Positions 1 to 11,837 of a DNA stretch of 64,000 bases are shown here, piece by piece. Both the position numbers and the translations under genes were made by a program. The notes under the pieces are model-generated. The model was not told where the DNA came from and made no database searches. It saw only the letters and a list, made by a program, of their open reading frames with translations. Within the stretch, counting starts at the first letter, position 1. Each line of letters opens with the position of its first letter. The stretch spans positions 3,596,001 to 3,660,000 of the forward strand of contig JAYWIR010000004.1 in the NCBI GenBank assembly GCA_036172245.1. Reading direction: 5' to 3'. The stretch is from Raillietiella orientalis (lineage: Eukaryota).

Positions 1-699
1 GATCTATTTTTCTGAGTTTGCAAGTCTCAGAATTCAAGTTAGTGCTTAATTCTTAAACAAGTGCTACATTCCATGCTAATGGAATGATCGTTACAAAATA
101 AAGAAATGTTACCAAAATGGTCAGTAAAGAACCAATCTTATAGTTAACCGCCGAAGGATCGCAACCTACTTTCAAACGAATTCTATATTTGGCAATGTTT
201 CTCACCCCGTTCATTATGAGAAGAGTAAAACTCGGCAGTTTTGAAGCTGCTTAAAGGAGTTAAGGTTGGATAAAAACCTTTCGGAAGTGGAATGCAATGA
301 GCAGAAGAATTTGCAGCTATTATTATGCAATCAAATCAATGTCTTCGAGAGCGAACGAAAGTTTATCAAAACATTCGCAAAAACTTGATAAAGTCAACCA
401 ATGGACATATTCTCGGCTAAATGGTCTGTTATTTTCTAACTGACGTTGTAGTATAATATCTTGAGAGTATACTTATAAGAATGCTAGTGTACACTGTGTA
501 GGTTGTTTTTACTATCAGGCGCTATGATTTTCATGATTCTTCTTCTGTCAACAGTGAAAGTGGCATGTTTGACTTAACACTGATTAAGCAAAAAACTGTA
601 TCCGTTTTTCTTTCAAACAGTCGCAGATGATTTCCCCCTTTTATGAAATTTAGTATGCAGTACTGATTGACAATCGAGTTGCTCGTGCCTTCCTACCCT

Positions 700-1326
700 A
701 GTCGGTTGCTCAATCACTTCCGCTGCAGCTACAAGCTCGAAATCTCATTCCGTGTGTGCTGTCTCCAACGCGGGAAGAACGAATCCACGCAAACAGCGTC
801 CCCATTCTCCCAAGCAACGAGACGCACCTGACGGGAGATCTTCTTGCCTTTCGTATTGAGCCACCGCGTGCGTCCGAGAGGACGAAGCAGCGCACGGCTT
901 TCGAGCTCGCCACACGATTCTTCGCCTGGCCGACCACCGTGAGATCCTCCCCGATGGACCACTCGCAACTCCGAACAGCATTCGCGGTCCAGCAGTCCGA
1001 GGCACGAAGCTTTGCTTTCGTGAACCGGAATTGCTTCCAGGCACCGGTACTGGCTGCGCATCCTTCCGAGGACACCTGCCTGCGAGGAGGACCTCCCGAC
1101 AGATGCCAGCGGCGCAGTGAGATACGAGAGTGCAACACCGGCCTGCATGCGAATCTACAGAGGAGACAGTGGTGGAGATTTTCTCGACCACGCCCGACTA
1201 ACATTGGTCGAGGCGATTGCTCTACCGGCTATCGGACTGTGCTCGACCTGCGCTTAGGTAACAAGTCATGCATCTCCGTGAAAATCATCGGCTGGAAGAG
1301 GAGGCGCCTCAACTGTACCTCAAGCC
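700..1326 (+). repeat. 627-bp inverted duplication, copy 1 (identical to reverse complement of 17953-18579); content is a decayed RTE-like LINE endonuclease fragment
   Basis: Mirrored ORF translations are identical (coordinates sum to 19279) and 1201-1326 was compared base by base. One frame gives MRIYRGDSGGDFLDHARL, resembling the AP-endonuclease motif RVYRGAD.GSDH. Confidence 0.95.
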
Positions 1327-2856
1327 CGTTTGCACATATCTAAGTCCAGGATCACAAAATTTACACAAAGTGTATTATGACTCCCTTCCATGTCTCCTAT
1401 AGTAGAGTGCAATAGAAGAAAATTGGTTTGGAACAGAATAACTAAACAAAGTTATTATGGCATTTCATAACACAAGTTCATCATTTCTGTAACCAAAGTA
1501 GAGGCAAAAAGAAAGTACTGATTTTTAGGGAACAGACGAAATCTCGACCAACTTTGAGCATTCATGTACATCACATGAAGAGCCAGAGGGAATCGGATCG
1601 TTTTCATTTGGCTTCATATGAAACGACCTATAGTCGAATGGGCTTCGTTAGCACTAGATAGATGATTCAGCAAATTTTCGCTCCGTGTTCCTTTCAGAGA
1701 AAGATTTTTGACTCGCAGAAAATTGTCGATCAACGAGAATAATTCGAATTTTCAATTTGGTAATTCTACAATCAAGTTCTTAATTTCATAAGAATCATTA
1801 TACGGAAGTTCATTAGGTCTGTATTGAAAAGATGTCTGAATATGAGTTCTTCGAAATTTGTATTTCAGAGTTGAGGAATATAATGTTCACCAATAGAAAA
1901 ATAAGGAAGACTTAGAAATTCAGAATTTCTACATATGTTTTTTAAATCGAAGGTTATGTATAGCATAGTGTCGGATTTCTGAGAGTGTGATCTGCTTTTG
2001 AAAGATTCCATATAATTTAAAGATAACCATATGTAACTTAAGCATCTGATTTGAGGAACAAAAAAACATCTAAATGAGGAAAACCACATATAGATTTCAT
2101 TTTTCATAATGAACTGAAAATATGCAATTTTCGAAACATGAACTACGACACAGCGCTTCCAACACTATCCTGATCTATTAATTCTAATTTTTCAGTGATT
2201 TATAGCATAAAATAATTCAATATTGAAATATGTTTGCATTGTTGTATAAGTAAACGTATCCTTCTTGGGCATTCCTGCAATGCTGTTGAATAGATTCTGT
2301 TTTTACGTCATCTTATTTTTATTGCTTCATTCAATAATCACAAACTACAAAAAGCACATTTACAGACATAGCTTTTTAATATTTTTTTCGGGAATTGATG
2401 GGAGAAACCAATTACCGAAGATTGCCAATTATTTGGACGCTCCTGATTAACAGCGAAATCTCTAGGTAGTGCACCAGAATCCGTAGATAACCCTAAATGC
2501 ACTGAAAACTTTGTTATAACTAATATCTTTTCATTATAATATATTGAACTCATCGAGATCCACTGGAGAAAAAGAGCTGCTGAAATTAGGAAGGGAGTGA
2601 AAAAACATTAAGAAAAAAAATCTTTCAACTGTGTATATGTGTGTATGTGAGGAGGGGGGGATCAAGTGAAAAGACCTTCTAGTCCTCTGCATCCTGTCAA
2701 GGATGCTGAATAATTTCTCCTTGTAACTCAACAGGTGTGGCAAATATTTTGCAGTTTCAAAGTCTATTGATTATACTTTAAATAATTAGAATCATTTATT
2801 TATATCAGTTTTGAAACTATTTTGATAAAATGATATTCTTGATATTGGGAATCTTG

Positions 2857-2864
2857 ACTTCCGG
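2857..2864. promoter_or_regulatory. ETS/GABP-type motif (ACTTCCGG) in the RPS20 proximal promoter
   Basis: Exact CCGGAAGT on the minus strand ~80 bp upstream of the ATG, in a locally CpG-richer patch; such sites are common in animal ribosomal protein promoters. Confidence 0.4.
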
Positions 2865-2943
2865 TGGTTACGCGAGGTTGTGTTGTGGTGCTACATAGGT
2901 CTGGTTCAGCGCTGATCTTCGATCATCTCGACCAGATTTAGCA

Positions 2944-3640
2944 ATGGTAAGGGAATGAAAAGAATAAAACCCGTACTTCGGCCCGCCTTATTTTAGCTTA
3001 AAAAGGAATGAGTGTATTAAGCTGGATTTGTAGTGTTTCAGACTTAAAAATTTCGTGCTATGTGTCGGTTTCAGCATGTGTTGTCCAATTAGGTTTGTCT
3101 AATTACGTTGTGTGGTCATATTGTTTTTTTAATATTTGACTTTAGAAGTATTTCGGTTGCTTTCTGAAACCAAAACATATCATAGTGGTATGTAATTTTA
3201 GGCTCTGAAAGATCCTGGAAAGGCTGTTATAGAAGAAGGTCCAACGCACAAAATCCGGATAACTTTGACTTCTCAAAATGTTCGCAGTTTAGAAAGAGGT
3301 ATGTGGGCCATAGTGAATACCTAAATTGCTTGTAGTCTGTGCCGACTTCATCAGAGGTGCTAAAGAAAAGCGTTTAACGATGAAAGGCCCTGTTCGTATG
3401 CCAGTTAAAGTTCTGCGCATTACAACTAGAAAAACTCCGTGTGGTGAGGGAAGCAAAACATGGGATCATTTTCAGATGAGGATTCATAAAAGAGTTATTG
3501 ATCTGCACAGTCCATCAGAAGTTGTCAAGCAAATTGTATCCTTTTTTAAATATGAGTAACAGAATGACTTAACTAGCATTTAGACCAAGATTAACATTGA
3601 ATCTGGAGTTCATGTGGCTGTGACCATTGCAGATAATTAA
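2944..3640 (+). CDS. RPS20: 40S ribosomal protein S20 (uS10), join(2944..2946,3202..3298,3336..3535,3584..3640), 118 aa
   Basis: All introns are GT-AG and phases match (357 nt in total). Product: [118 protein letters not shown], with the uS10 signatures [20 protein letters not shown] and MRIHKR. Confidence 0.97.
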
Positions 3641-5589
3641 GTGTTCTATCAATTACATATGTAATTTGTTTTCAAAGCGTTTTTTTTATTTAAAAGTTCA
3701 AATGGTATCTTATAAGCAAAGGTTGAGGCAAGTGAAGGCAAATGGTTAATTTTAGATTAGAGTTCAGAGTCAAATGCCTTTGTCTTCGGATCCTGTGCAT
3801 TTTGCGTTGTATTCTAAAAATGAATCTGTTCTGCGATTTCTAGAGTTGTTGAGACAGTATGTGCAAGTATATTAGTTCACTTACATTAGTGTGCTTGCCA
3901 TACATATTGAAATGAAAATGAGAGCACTACATGTAGTGTTGAGTACAGTGGACTGCTGAAGTGCAGGACATGTCCACATTGAATGTGTAATAGGAAAATA
4001 ATCATTTGTTCTTTAAGCTAGAGATTCAGTTTATGGCTTTTTAACCTTCATCGTGGTAGCAATATAACATTGTTTTCTGAATTTCATTTGCCTCCATAAA
4101 AGTGATCATAACATATGAGTGCAAACTATTTCAGGAAAGGCAGATCTCTCAGCAGCAGACATGTTGCTGGTAAGTTAAGGGCTTTGGATTTTATTTCAAT
4201 CATTTGGTATTAATGGGTTCATTTGAGTACCAAAAAAGTTTGGCGTGAGATGCTGTATACAGTATAATCTGAAGTTCACCGTGTTCAATTTTATCCAGGA
4301 GTCTGTACATTCTTGCAATGTATGGACTGTGTGCATCTCTATTTGAAGCTTAAAAGAATGAAAGAATCGAGATTTCATGATGCATCCACATTTTCAGAAT
4401 CATAAGCAACAAGTTTGTGTTTTTAGAAATCATAGTTTGTTATGATCTTTATCAGTTTTACCAAGCATAGATTTGCATAAAGTTTGTAAAGATGTTTGTA
4501 AGAAGGATTTAGTTTCCTTGTATTTCTTTGCATCATAAAGTACCTAAGTGCAGTCTCACACAATCCTTTAAAAAATTTGAAGTAACTACAGTAATCAAAT
4601 GGTAATCCGAAGTCGATACCACTGCCATAGCATTCCATAATACATTCATGAATTCTTGCAAGAATCAAGCAGAAGTGGTATTTTTTAGAATGGTGTTTAA
4701 ATCCATTTATACACACAACTTGTTATTCCACCTGACTAGGCTGAGTAAATTGACTTACGAATGGAAAGTGCACGAAGAAACAGTCACAACGGACTATCGC
4801 GTTAATGGTCTCATGAGTGGTGGACTTTCGTGGTAAAAACAGGTAGAGATAGATGACAGTCTGCATATAATCCGGTTATGGCGAACAGGAATAAGCAAAC
4901 GTGCTTGAAGACTTTGCATCTCTTAGCTCAAAGCAAACCGTAGTTTTGGTGGATTTTACCGTGCTGTCCCTCTGCTGGGTCAAATAGGTGGCAAAAGGGC
5001 TGTCAAATCATACTCTCGTTGCACCTTTCGTCGCCAATGTCGTCTGGAAGTCTCACCCATTACTACATGATACGTCTTCAGCGGATGGGAAGTTGGTCCA
5101 AGTTTTATGCAAGTTTTTTGTTTTGGTCTCCTTGCACAGTTTGTTGCAAAGGAACTCCCGAATGCTGTATTCCACAGTGCTGAAGAAACTCTTTACTGTT
5201 GTGCGATGTGTTTCACGCAGCGTCTTCGGCCTGGAACGAGAATACTTTATCAAAATCTTCGACTACCATATCCGATTTCTACTGTCTGACTGTATAAATA
5301 AAGTCAGTTTGGCTGAAATGAATGCAATCTAGGATCATTCGGCTATCAATGCACAGGGATTCAAAAACCCTTGACAGTAGCTGTCTTTTGTCTGCTGGAC
5401 TAATCAGCATTTCTTTCTTTCGGATGGAACGAAGGGGCCAATGCTTCCGACGCTATGCAATTGCTGCTCTGTGTTGCTGCTGATGTGACACTTTCTATCC
5501 TGAAATGCGTTATGCAAGATCCCCTTGCTAACTTTCTGATCCGGAGCTTTGCCGTTTCATGCAACCCGGCATCTTCCTACTCCCGAATC

Positions 5590-6140
5590 CGGGAAGGGCT
5601 CGGAGTCCGTTCCTCTCGCGCTTGGGGAGGGATCCCCCCCGGATGGAGGGGATCGCACCTCCCACCCTGGTTGTCTCCGAAAGGAAACCCCGAAGGGACT
5701 TCCCTTCATTCTCTCCGGAGGGACTCCTCCTGGGAGGGGGGGTGGTCCTCTCCATTTCATCTTCTCCGAAGGGAACCCGGAAAGGATCCGCTAGTAGGAA
5801 TTCCTTTCCCGGAGGGAACCCGCAAGGGAACCGCTCCTGTTTACTCCTCTGAAGCGAACCCCGAAGGGACGCTTCCGAAATTCAGAAGGGGCGCTGCAGC
5901 TTCCCGCAGGGGGATCGCTCTCTCTTGCTTCCTTGGACTCTTCTGGAGAGGCGGCTACTTGAGGGTCCCCCCCGCAACAGGTGGGGGTCCGCTTCTCGAA
6001 AACAACTGGAGAGGTCCCTGTGAAGGCTCCTGCTCCATCTTGAAACCGAGGGGTTTCCCCGGTGTGGGGGGTCCGCTCTCCGTTGTACGACCGAAGGGGG
6101 AAGTCCCCACTACTGGATTCCTGGAAGGACCCGAAGGTCG
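5590..6140. repeat. Degenerate GC-rich minisatellite, ~40-50 bp units, core approx. TCTCCGGAGGGAACCCCGAAGGGA
   Basis: Recurrent variants: tctccgaaaggaaaccccgaaggga (5674), tctccgaagggaacccggaaagga (5763), ttcccggagggaacccgcaaggga (5806), ctctgaagcgaaccccgaaggga (5847) and others. Confidence 0.65.
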
Positions 6141-6275
6141 ATTCGCATTGTTCCGGCCTTCATCGGGGACCTCCGGCTTAAACGACCACCGGTGCCACGC
6201 CCGAATGTCTCCGCCAACCAGCGCCATCTTGCAGGAGAAACTCGGAACCCGACGACGCAGCGGCGTCTCAGTTTC

Positions 6276-6344
6276 TGCCGGAGTATTCGAACCCGCGACG
6301 CATGGTGCCACGCGCGGAAGCCTTAACCACAAAGCCTCCGACGC
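6276..6344 (-). pseudogene. tRNA-derived sequence (tRNA pseudogene or SINE head), loosely tRNA-His-like
   Basis: Minus strand reads GCGTCGGAGGCTTTGTGGTTAAGGCTTCCGCGCGTGGCACCATGCGTCGCGGGTTCGAATACTCCGGCA: A-box-like GGCTTTGTGGTTAA, B-box GGTTCGAAT, ends able to pair (GTCGGAG/CTCCGGC). Anticodon and T stems are broken, so it is not a functional tRNA. Confidence 0.55.
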
Positions 6345-6849
6345 GGGCACTCGCGATGGCTCGCGACTGATAGGAAGCTCTCTATAAAATCTTCGCCTCT
6401 ACTTTATCTTAGTATGTCTATGTGGTGACGGGATATCTTCAACAACAGGGAAAAGACTTCGTGTTTTTCTTCATGCTTGCGATCCTTGGAAGAAGCAATG
6501 CCTACGACTGTTGAGGGTGCTCTGCCTGAGTTGCTGTGTGTGCGGTCCAGAGTTTTACCAGGAAAGGACAGGCGGCTTTGTTCTTAAGAGCGAATTCTGC
6601 ACAGAAACATTTCTTTTTTAATTAGAACTAGAATCAGCCTCAGGAAAGCAATGTGCTGGCGTGTATTGTGGGCAATGGTTTTTTTAGTCTGAATGCTAAT
6701 GAAAGTGCATGCCTGCCAGCAGCATTGGATTATCGCTGCTGATTGGAAGAGAAATTCCATTTTTTTTTTTTTTATCGGGGAAGTATGCTTATAAAAACAG
6801 GGTTGCGGCAGGTGGTGGATTGCCATTTGGCAATGCAGACGTGTTTCAG

Positions 6850-7420
6850 GTCGATCGGAAAGATGGATCTGTAAGCGGGTTCCCGACAGAATAGGGAACA
6901 TCCAAAATCGAACCAATCTCGGGATTATTTTCCAAGTCCAATGTCAAGATCATGATTCGAATGAGATATGTTCGAAACAACTCTACCCTAGCTTTGCCGG
7001 AAAACATTCTTGGAGGCCGTGTTAATCTTTCGAATTCGTGACAGTTCCAGCAGAAACTGCCAACACGGAAAGCAAAGCATACGCGCTGCTTATAAGAATT
7101 GTGAGGTGCTTCCTTGCTCTACTATTTAGTCACAGGACGGTCTCTTTTCTTTTTTTAAAAAAGGAGAAAAGTAGTGACATAGTTTCGATATGGAATTGGA
7201 AAGGAGCGTCACATCCGCCCTCGTGGCTAATTGCATGCCATGTTTCAAGATTCTGAACAAGAAATGCGCGACTACAGAATCTTTGCATGGATATTCTCCA
7301 CGTGTGGATTCTGCACTCGGATCCAGCGTCTGGAACTATCAGGAATTTCTATCAGAAATTCAAGTTGATTCACGTTTTAATGTTAGGAATGCAGTCTGCG
7401 GTTCATTTTGATCGGTAAGA
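6850..7420 (+). mobile_element. Decayed LINE (RTE-like) AP-endonuclease remnant
   Basis: Ordered residual motifs across frames: NLGIIFQVQCQDHDSNEICSKQLY (~NIIQVYAPT.DH..EE.EQFY), RYGIGKERH (~KYGLGERN), LVANCMPCF (~LVIANT.F), QVDSRFNVRNAV. Confidence 0.45.
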
Positions 7421-9753
7421 AGGATGAAAGGTACAGAGAAAATAAATTCGACAACATTTCAAGAACGTACATTCTTTCGAGATCTATGTAAGCAAAAATA
7501 AGTTCTCGGTACAGTATTTTCACTATACGTTCATCAAAAGAAAATTCTCGAAGCTACAAAAGGGCTGCAAGGAGTTTCACTTGTGGCTTTAGGGATTCGC
7601 CAGCCAAAGTGCGTGATTTTGGTTTGTTCTAATAGCAGGATAACTTCGAGACTACCTGGGAATTTGGAGGATGGTCTCGTTTCACTTCTCAACTGAGAGA
7701 GCTCTGGGGTTAAAACACAGCTGGAGTGGCGTTTATGCACAGTGCCTGCTAAGAGTTTGCTAAGAGTTTCATATGGGATGACGTCCAATTCGATTGGTAA
7801 AGGGTAGATGATGAACGGATGATACTAATGTCAATCTCGTGAATTTGGAAGTTTTACACAATATACATCCCACCAAGAAAGTCATACTTGCAAAATTCGG
7901 AAGATTCTTAAACACGGCCCAGCTATGATGCAAACTCGCAATGAGAAGACTGAAGCTGCTGAAAAGTCTTTCTCACTATCAGGTGGTAGTTTTTTCGGAA
8001 CTTATCTGGAGAGGGTTCGTCGATTCAGAGCTCGGTTGCAGGGGTGCTCCGTTGAGACAGGAAAGCAATTCTTTTCCGGAAAGTGACTTGTTTCTTCCTC
8101 AAAAGAATTTCGGAGTAATAAAAGAATTCGAATTGCAAAGAAATGTCGGAAATATCTGTAGGGTTGCAAATAAGCATCATGAACGCGTTTTATTGCGGAA
8201 GGTCAGATGCATGCCTCGTCGTGGGCTTCCTGGGGAAGAGGTCACAGGATGGCTAGCGATTTCCAACGGTAACGAGATTCGAACATGGATCGTTACGCCT
8301 TTAACCGATCCGTTTGTCGAAAGATTTGATTCCTTTGATCCTTCAATCCAATTTCATTTTTTTTTATTTTCATCTCACTACAAAATGGTAATTTCTATAA
8401 AAGCAAGACTAATTCTCGGTGTGCTGTTAAAGCACAAATAGCTTCTGGATGTGGTGATAGATGGAACTGCGATTTCGTTCTTGCAGTTATCTCCTTGTAG
8501 TCGGGTCCCAACACTAAACAACGTCGAGGATTTGCAAATAGGGTCTCACTCCTGAGTAGCATGCAGTAACGTGATCCCTGAGCGTCCAGAGCGGAAAATG
8601 GATGCCGAGGCTCCTGTTTTGCAGAAGAAATAGCAATTTCTTCAGTGTGGTGTACCTAAGCCAAAACAACGTGTTCGACTTCCAGGCAAACATTAGTGTG
8701 CTGCAAGAATGCAGTGCCACAACGCCGAGCAGATCGCAGGACAACTACGATGAGAGAATAAAAAAAAAAAAATCAGCGTCCATGAAACAACTGCTTGCAA
8801 CACACACCACACACACAAAACATTCGAGAGCCTCGAATCCATTCTTTATGGAATATTTTCCGAAAAGAGAATCCGTATTATCGGGAGAACACACCATCCA
8901 TGAAGTAATGCATTATTTCCAAGCATAGTTCGTTGTTGTGAGCAAACAGTTTCGTTGCTGTAAATACACATTCTTCGTAAACAATACATTGTTTCGTGAT
9001 ATTTCCCGTACCAGGAAATGTACAATTAGTTTACGAGTTTTGCGATTGGGCAGGTTTTGAAGTGGGTGGGAAAGACTGCGGAGCTGCTGCATTCGTGCGT
9101 GTGGTCCAGGTTATCTTCCGTTTTCCGAGTTTTAAGCCGAGAGCAAACACGGCAGGTTCCGCTCATGATTTGAAATGGGTTGTTTGTCTTGGTCTTCGCT
9201 GCATGTCAAGAAGTTTTCTGGGGTATTCAGGAAGGAGAAAACTTTGAAAATTCTGGAAATGAAGGTAGCAGGAAACAACTTTGCAGAGAATAAATCGGCT
9301 GACGGTTTGCTGCTCCTATTGCTCTATCAATCCAAACTGAAACAAGAAAGGAAAACAACAGGAGTGTGCGAGAATGCCCTAGGGAATTTTTGTTCATCGG
9401 TGAATGAAGCAAAGGTTGAACCCGATCAAGATTGAATCAATCCAGTGAGCATCAGTCGAGATAAAATCGATCAGACCACTTGAGGCCAAATTGCGTCCAT
9501 TTCTTTCTGAACTTCATAAATTCCAAGTTTTCATTCTCAGAAATGTTTAGCAAAGATCGGAGCATTAAAACTTCAATGGAAGTAGAGATTCTGTCATTTT
9601 CTTTCGTGACGAGAAACGGTCGAAGTGCACAGAAGCGAGTGTACTGAAGCTGCTCTTATAAAAATCTAATTTCTGTCTGACCATTTTATAGAAACGCAGG
9701 GGTCCGACAGCATAGTGTCAACTTGATGAGAACGACTGCTTATCTCGGTAAAA

Positions 9754-9778
9754 ACACACACACACACACACACACACA
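9754..9778. repeat. (AC)n microsatellite, ~12 units
   Basis: Read directly from the sequence. Confidence 0.95.
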
Positions 9779-10899
9779 AAAACACCCGGTCATCTCCAAT
9801 GCTTACTTTCTGATGACCTTTATGATGAAAGTTTTCTTTTGAACAATAACTACATGTTAATGAATGTAGTATCCCTGTGATGAAGGGGGGAGGGGGGGAG
9901 AGATGTCGAAATTGAAAACCGTGTGTTTCGCTGCAATTCGTCTTTTCACAAAGACTGTTACGACTTGTGAAGAACAAAAACACATGTATCTTCCTTGGAT
10001 AAAATTTCAATACTAAATACTAACTACACTTTCAAGTCATGTGTGTCAGAACCTTCCGATGGGAAGTTCTTGCATTGTTTATGCATGTGTTTGGAGGAGA
10101 TGAGAAAGAAGTATTCCCTCCGCGGAGCACGCGCAGTTCTGCAAGAAAAGTCGGATTCCTTCAAACAGAACCGATGGCCTGAATTTTTTTTTTCTCTCTC
10201 TCTTCTTCTTCCTTTTTCTCCCCATTGCAACAGTGTAGCAACACGCGCAGCCGGATTGGAAGAGAGAAGAAACGTTCGAGGAAAAATCCCCCGCGATGCA
10301 TAGTTTCCAGAAGGTTCGTTCCCGCACAAAAGGTGCACAAAGTAGGTAATTTTGTTCCTGCTCATACGAAGGTTGGCCAGCAGCTCGCTGAGTTGGATAC
10401 TTGAGCAGGGAATATAAATAACACTTGCTGTATGGGTGAGGTCTGAAATGCAGACTCATGCCAATTATGCAACTTCTCCGAAGTGGACCGCGGAAGGACC
10501 GTTCATTCGAGCTTCCTTGCTCGGCTAGGAGGATCAGGAATGATAGGTTTACGTTTTATCACGCATTCCCAAAGCTTCTTTTCGGTCCACCCTTGCTCTA
10601 CAGGAGACTCGAGCGTTGTCAATGAGCATTATCACAAGAACAACTTTATCGATCAGCCGAAATCTTATTCTTATTAACGTGTGCAATCATGTAACTGGTT
10701 GCAATGGGTTTATGGGTTCGGTCGAACCTATAAACTCCCCTCATCGTCCCTACCCCTAACTATCTTAAAGAAGACTCTTGAGGTTACTAATTGCTAGTTT
10801 TCTTTCTCCAGACAACCCACCGGATTCCCAAGGACGCTGACACTCGAGCCCTCAGTCCTCAGCTAAACCATTGACTATCGTAAATGCGGTCGCGTTACA

Positions 10900-11650
10900 T
10901 CCGAAGCGCGTAAATCCTCACATCGCAATGTTACAGAGCAGCAGCAGGTCAGTCGCTACGAGATTTTTCCAATCAGTTCTGAAGGGAATTTCCTTCGCTT
11001 GTTCAACAGATTTCAAGGAGCAGAATAAAGTGATTCCAGAAACTTCAGAAATACCGGCAAGGACTCGAGACGAATTAATATGATGCTCCAGATGGCTCGC
11101 TGGCTTTCATTTGCCGAACCAACTGATCTGAGAAAGGGCATCAGAGAGGGGAGGCTCAGAAGTTGCTCAAAACACAGTGGCGATCTATTATCTGATTCTC
11201 TCCTGTTCAGCTACAACTGTTGAGAGATCCAGCTTTTCACAAAACACGACCTCAGCACGTTGCTTGTATGGATATCGTCCGGAAGAACAAGAACTTTGGC
11301 AAATTACTTAGATTAATAAAACCATGTGATTGACTGGTGAGAAATCCTTTGTGCATTTTTGCAGTAGTAAAGCGGATCCCAATTGTAATGGCACTTCTGA
11401 TTTCCTTTTTTTTTTTCTTTTTCGCTTGCTTGGAAAACTCTTGGTTTCTAGCTGACGCCCGAGAGTGCTAATTTGGAAGGTTCTCAGGAAAGATTCGGGG
11501 CAAGGAACATCCCAGAAAGTCACACGAATAACTTGAAGAGTGGAATACCTAGGAACAGGAATCTTGAAGACTGGTGCTAACCTCAAGTAAACGTTCTTGA
11601 CGAATTATATGGGCCTTGGACTCACCCTCAGAAACGAAGTGGTCAGCGTG
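10900..11650 (+). mobile_element. Decayed non-LTR retrotransposon reverse-transcriptase remnant
   Basis: EPTDLRKGIREGRL (~GVRQG motif, ~11117-11158), HVACMDIV (~HLAYADDIV), LRLIKP (~GLRIN..KT) and FRLLG (~FKYLG) in the expected order, with stops and frameshifts. Confidence 0.5.
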
Positions 11651-11837
11651 TCTTCGCACAGATACGTTGAAGTAAGAACTTGTTGATACGATGTGAAGAA
11701 GATTGGATGTTTAGGCTAAATCTTTTCGGTTGTTCATCGTAAATACGTGCAGATGCTGATGACGCAGCTATTCGCAATATATGCGAACCTGCTCACTCAC
11801 GTGTGTACAATTGTTTGTGTATGTGATACTGAATCTA

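Noticed and set aside
756..1343. 195-aa ORF and its 215-aa twin at 17876-18523 as a duplicated gene
   Set aside because: Non-ATG start, no coherent domain; endonuclease motifs are scattered over different frames, so it is frameshifted LINE debris.
1500..2760. Divergent minus-strand gene sharing the RPS20 promoter
   Set aside because: Some acceptor/donor-like sites exist, but I could not build a frame-consistent or recognisable protein; left uncalled.
5590..6140. CRISPR-like array
   Set aside because: Eukaryotic context, degenerate variable repeats, no unique fixed-length spacers, no cas genes.
5455..6387. 310-aa ORF
   Set aside because: Stop-poor translation of a GC-rich minisatellite plus the antisense of the tRNA-like head; no domain recognised.
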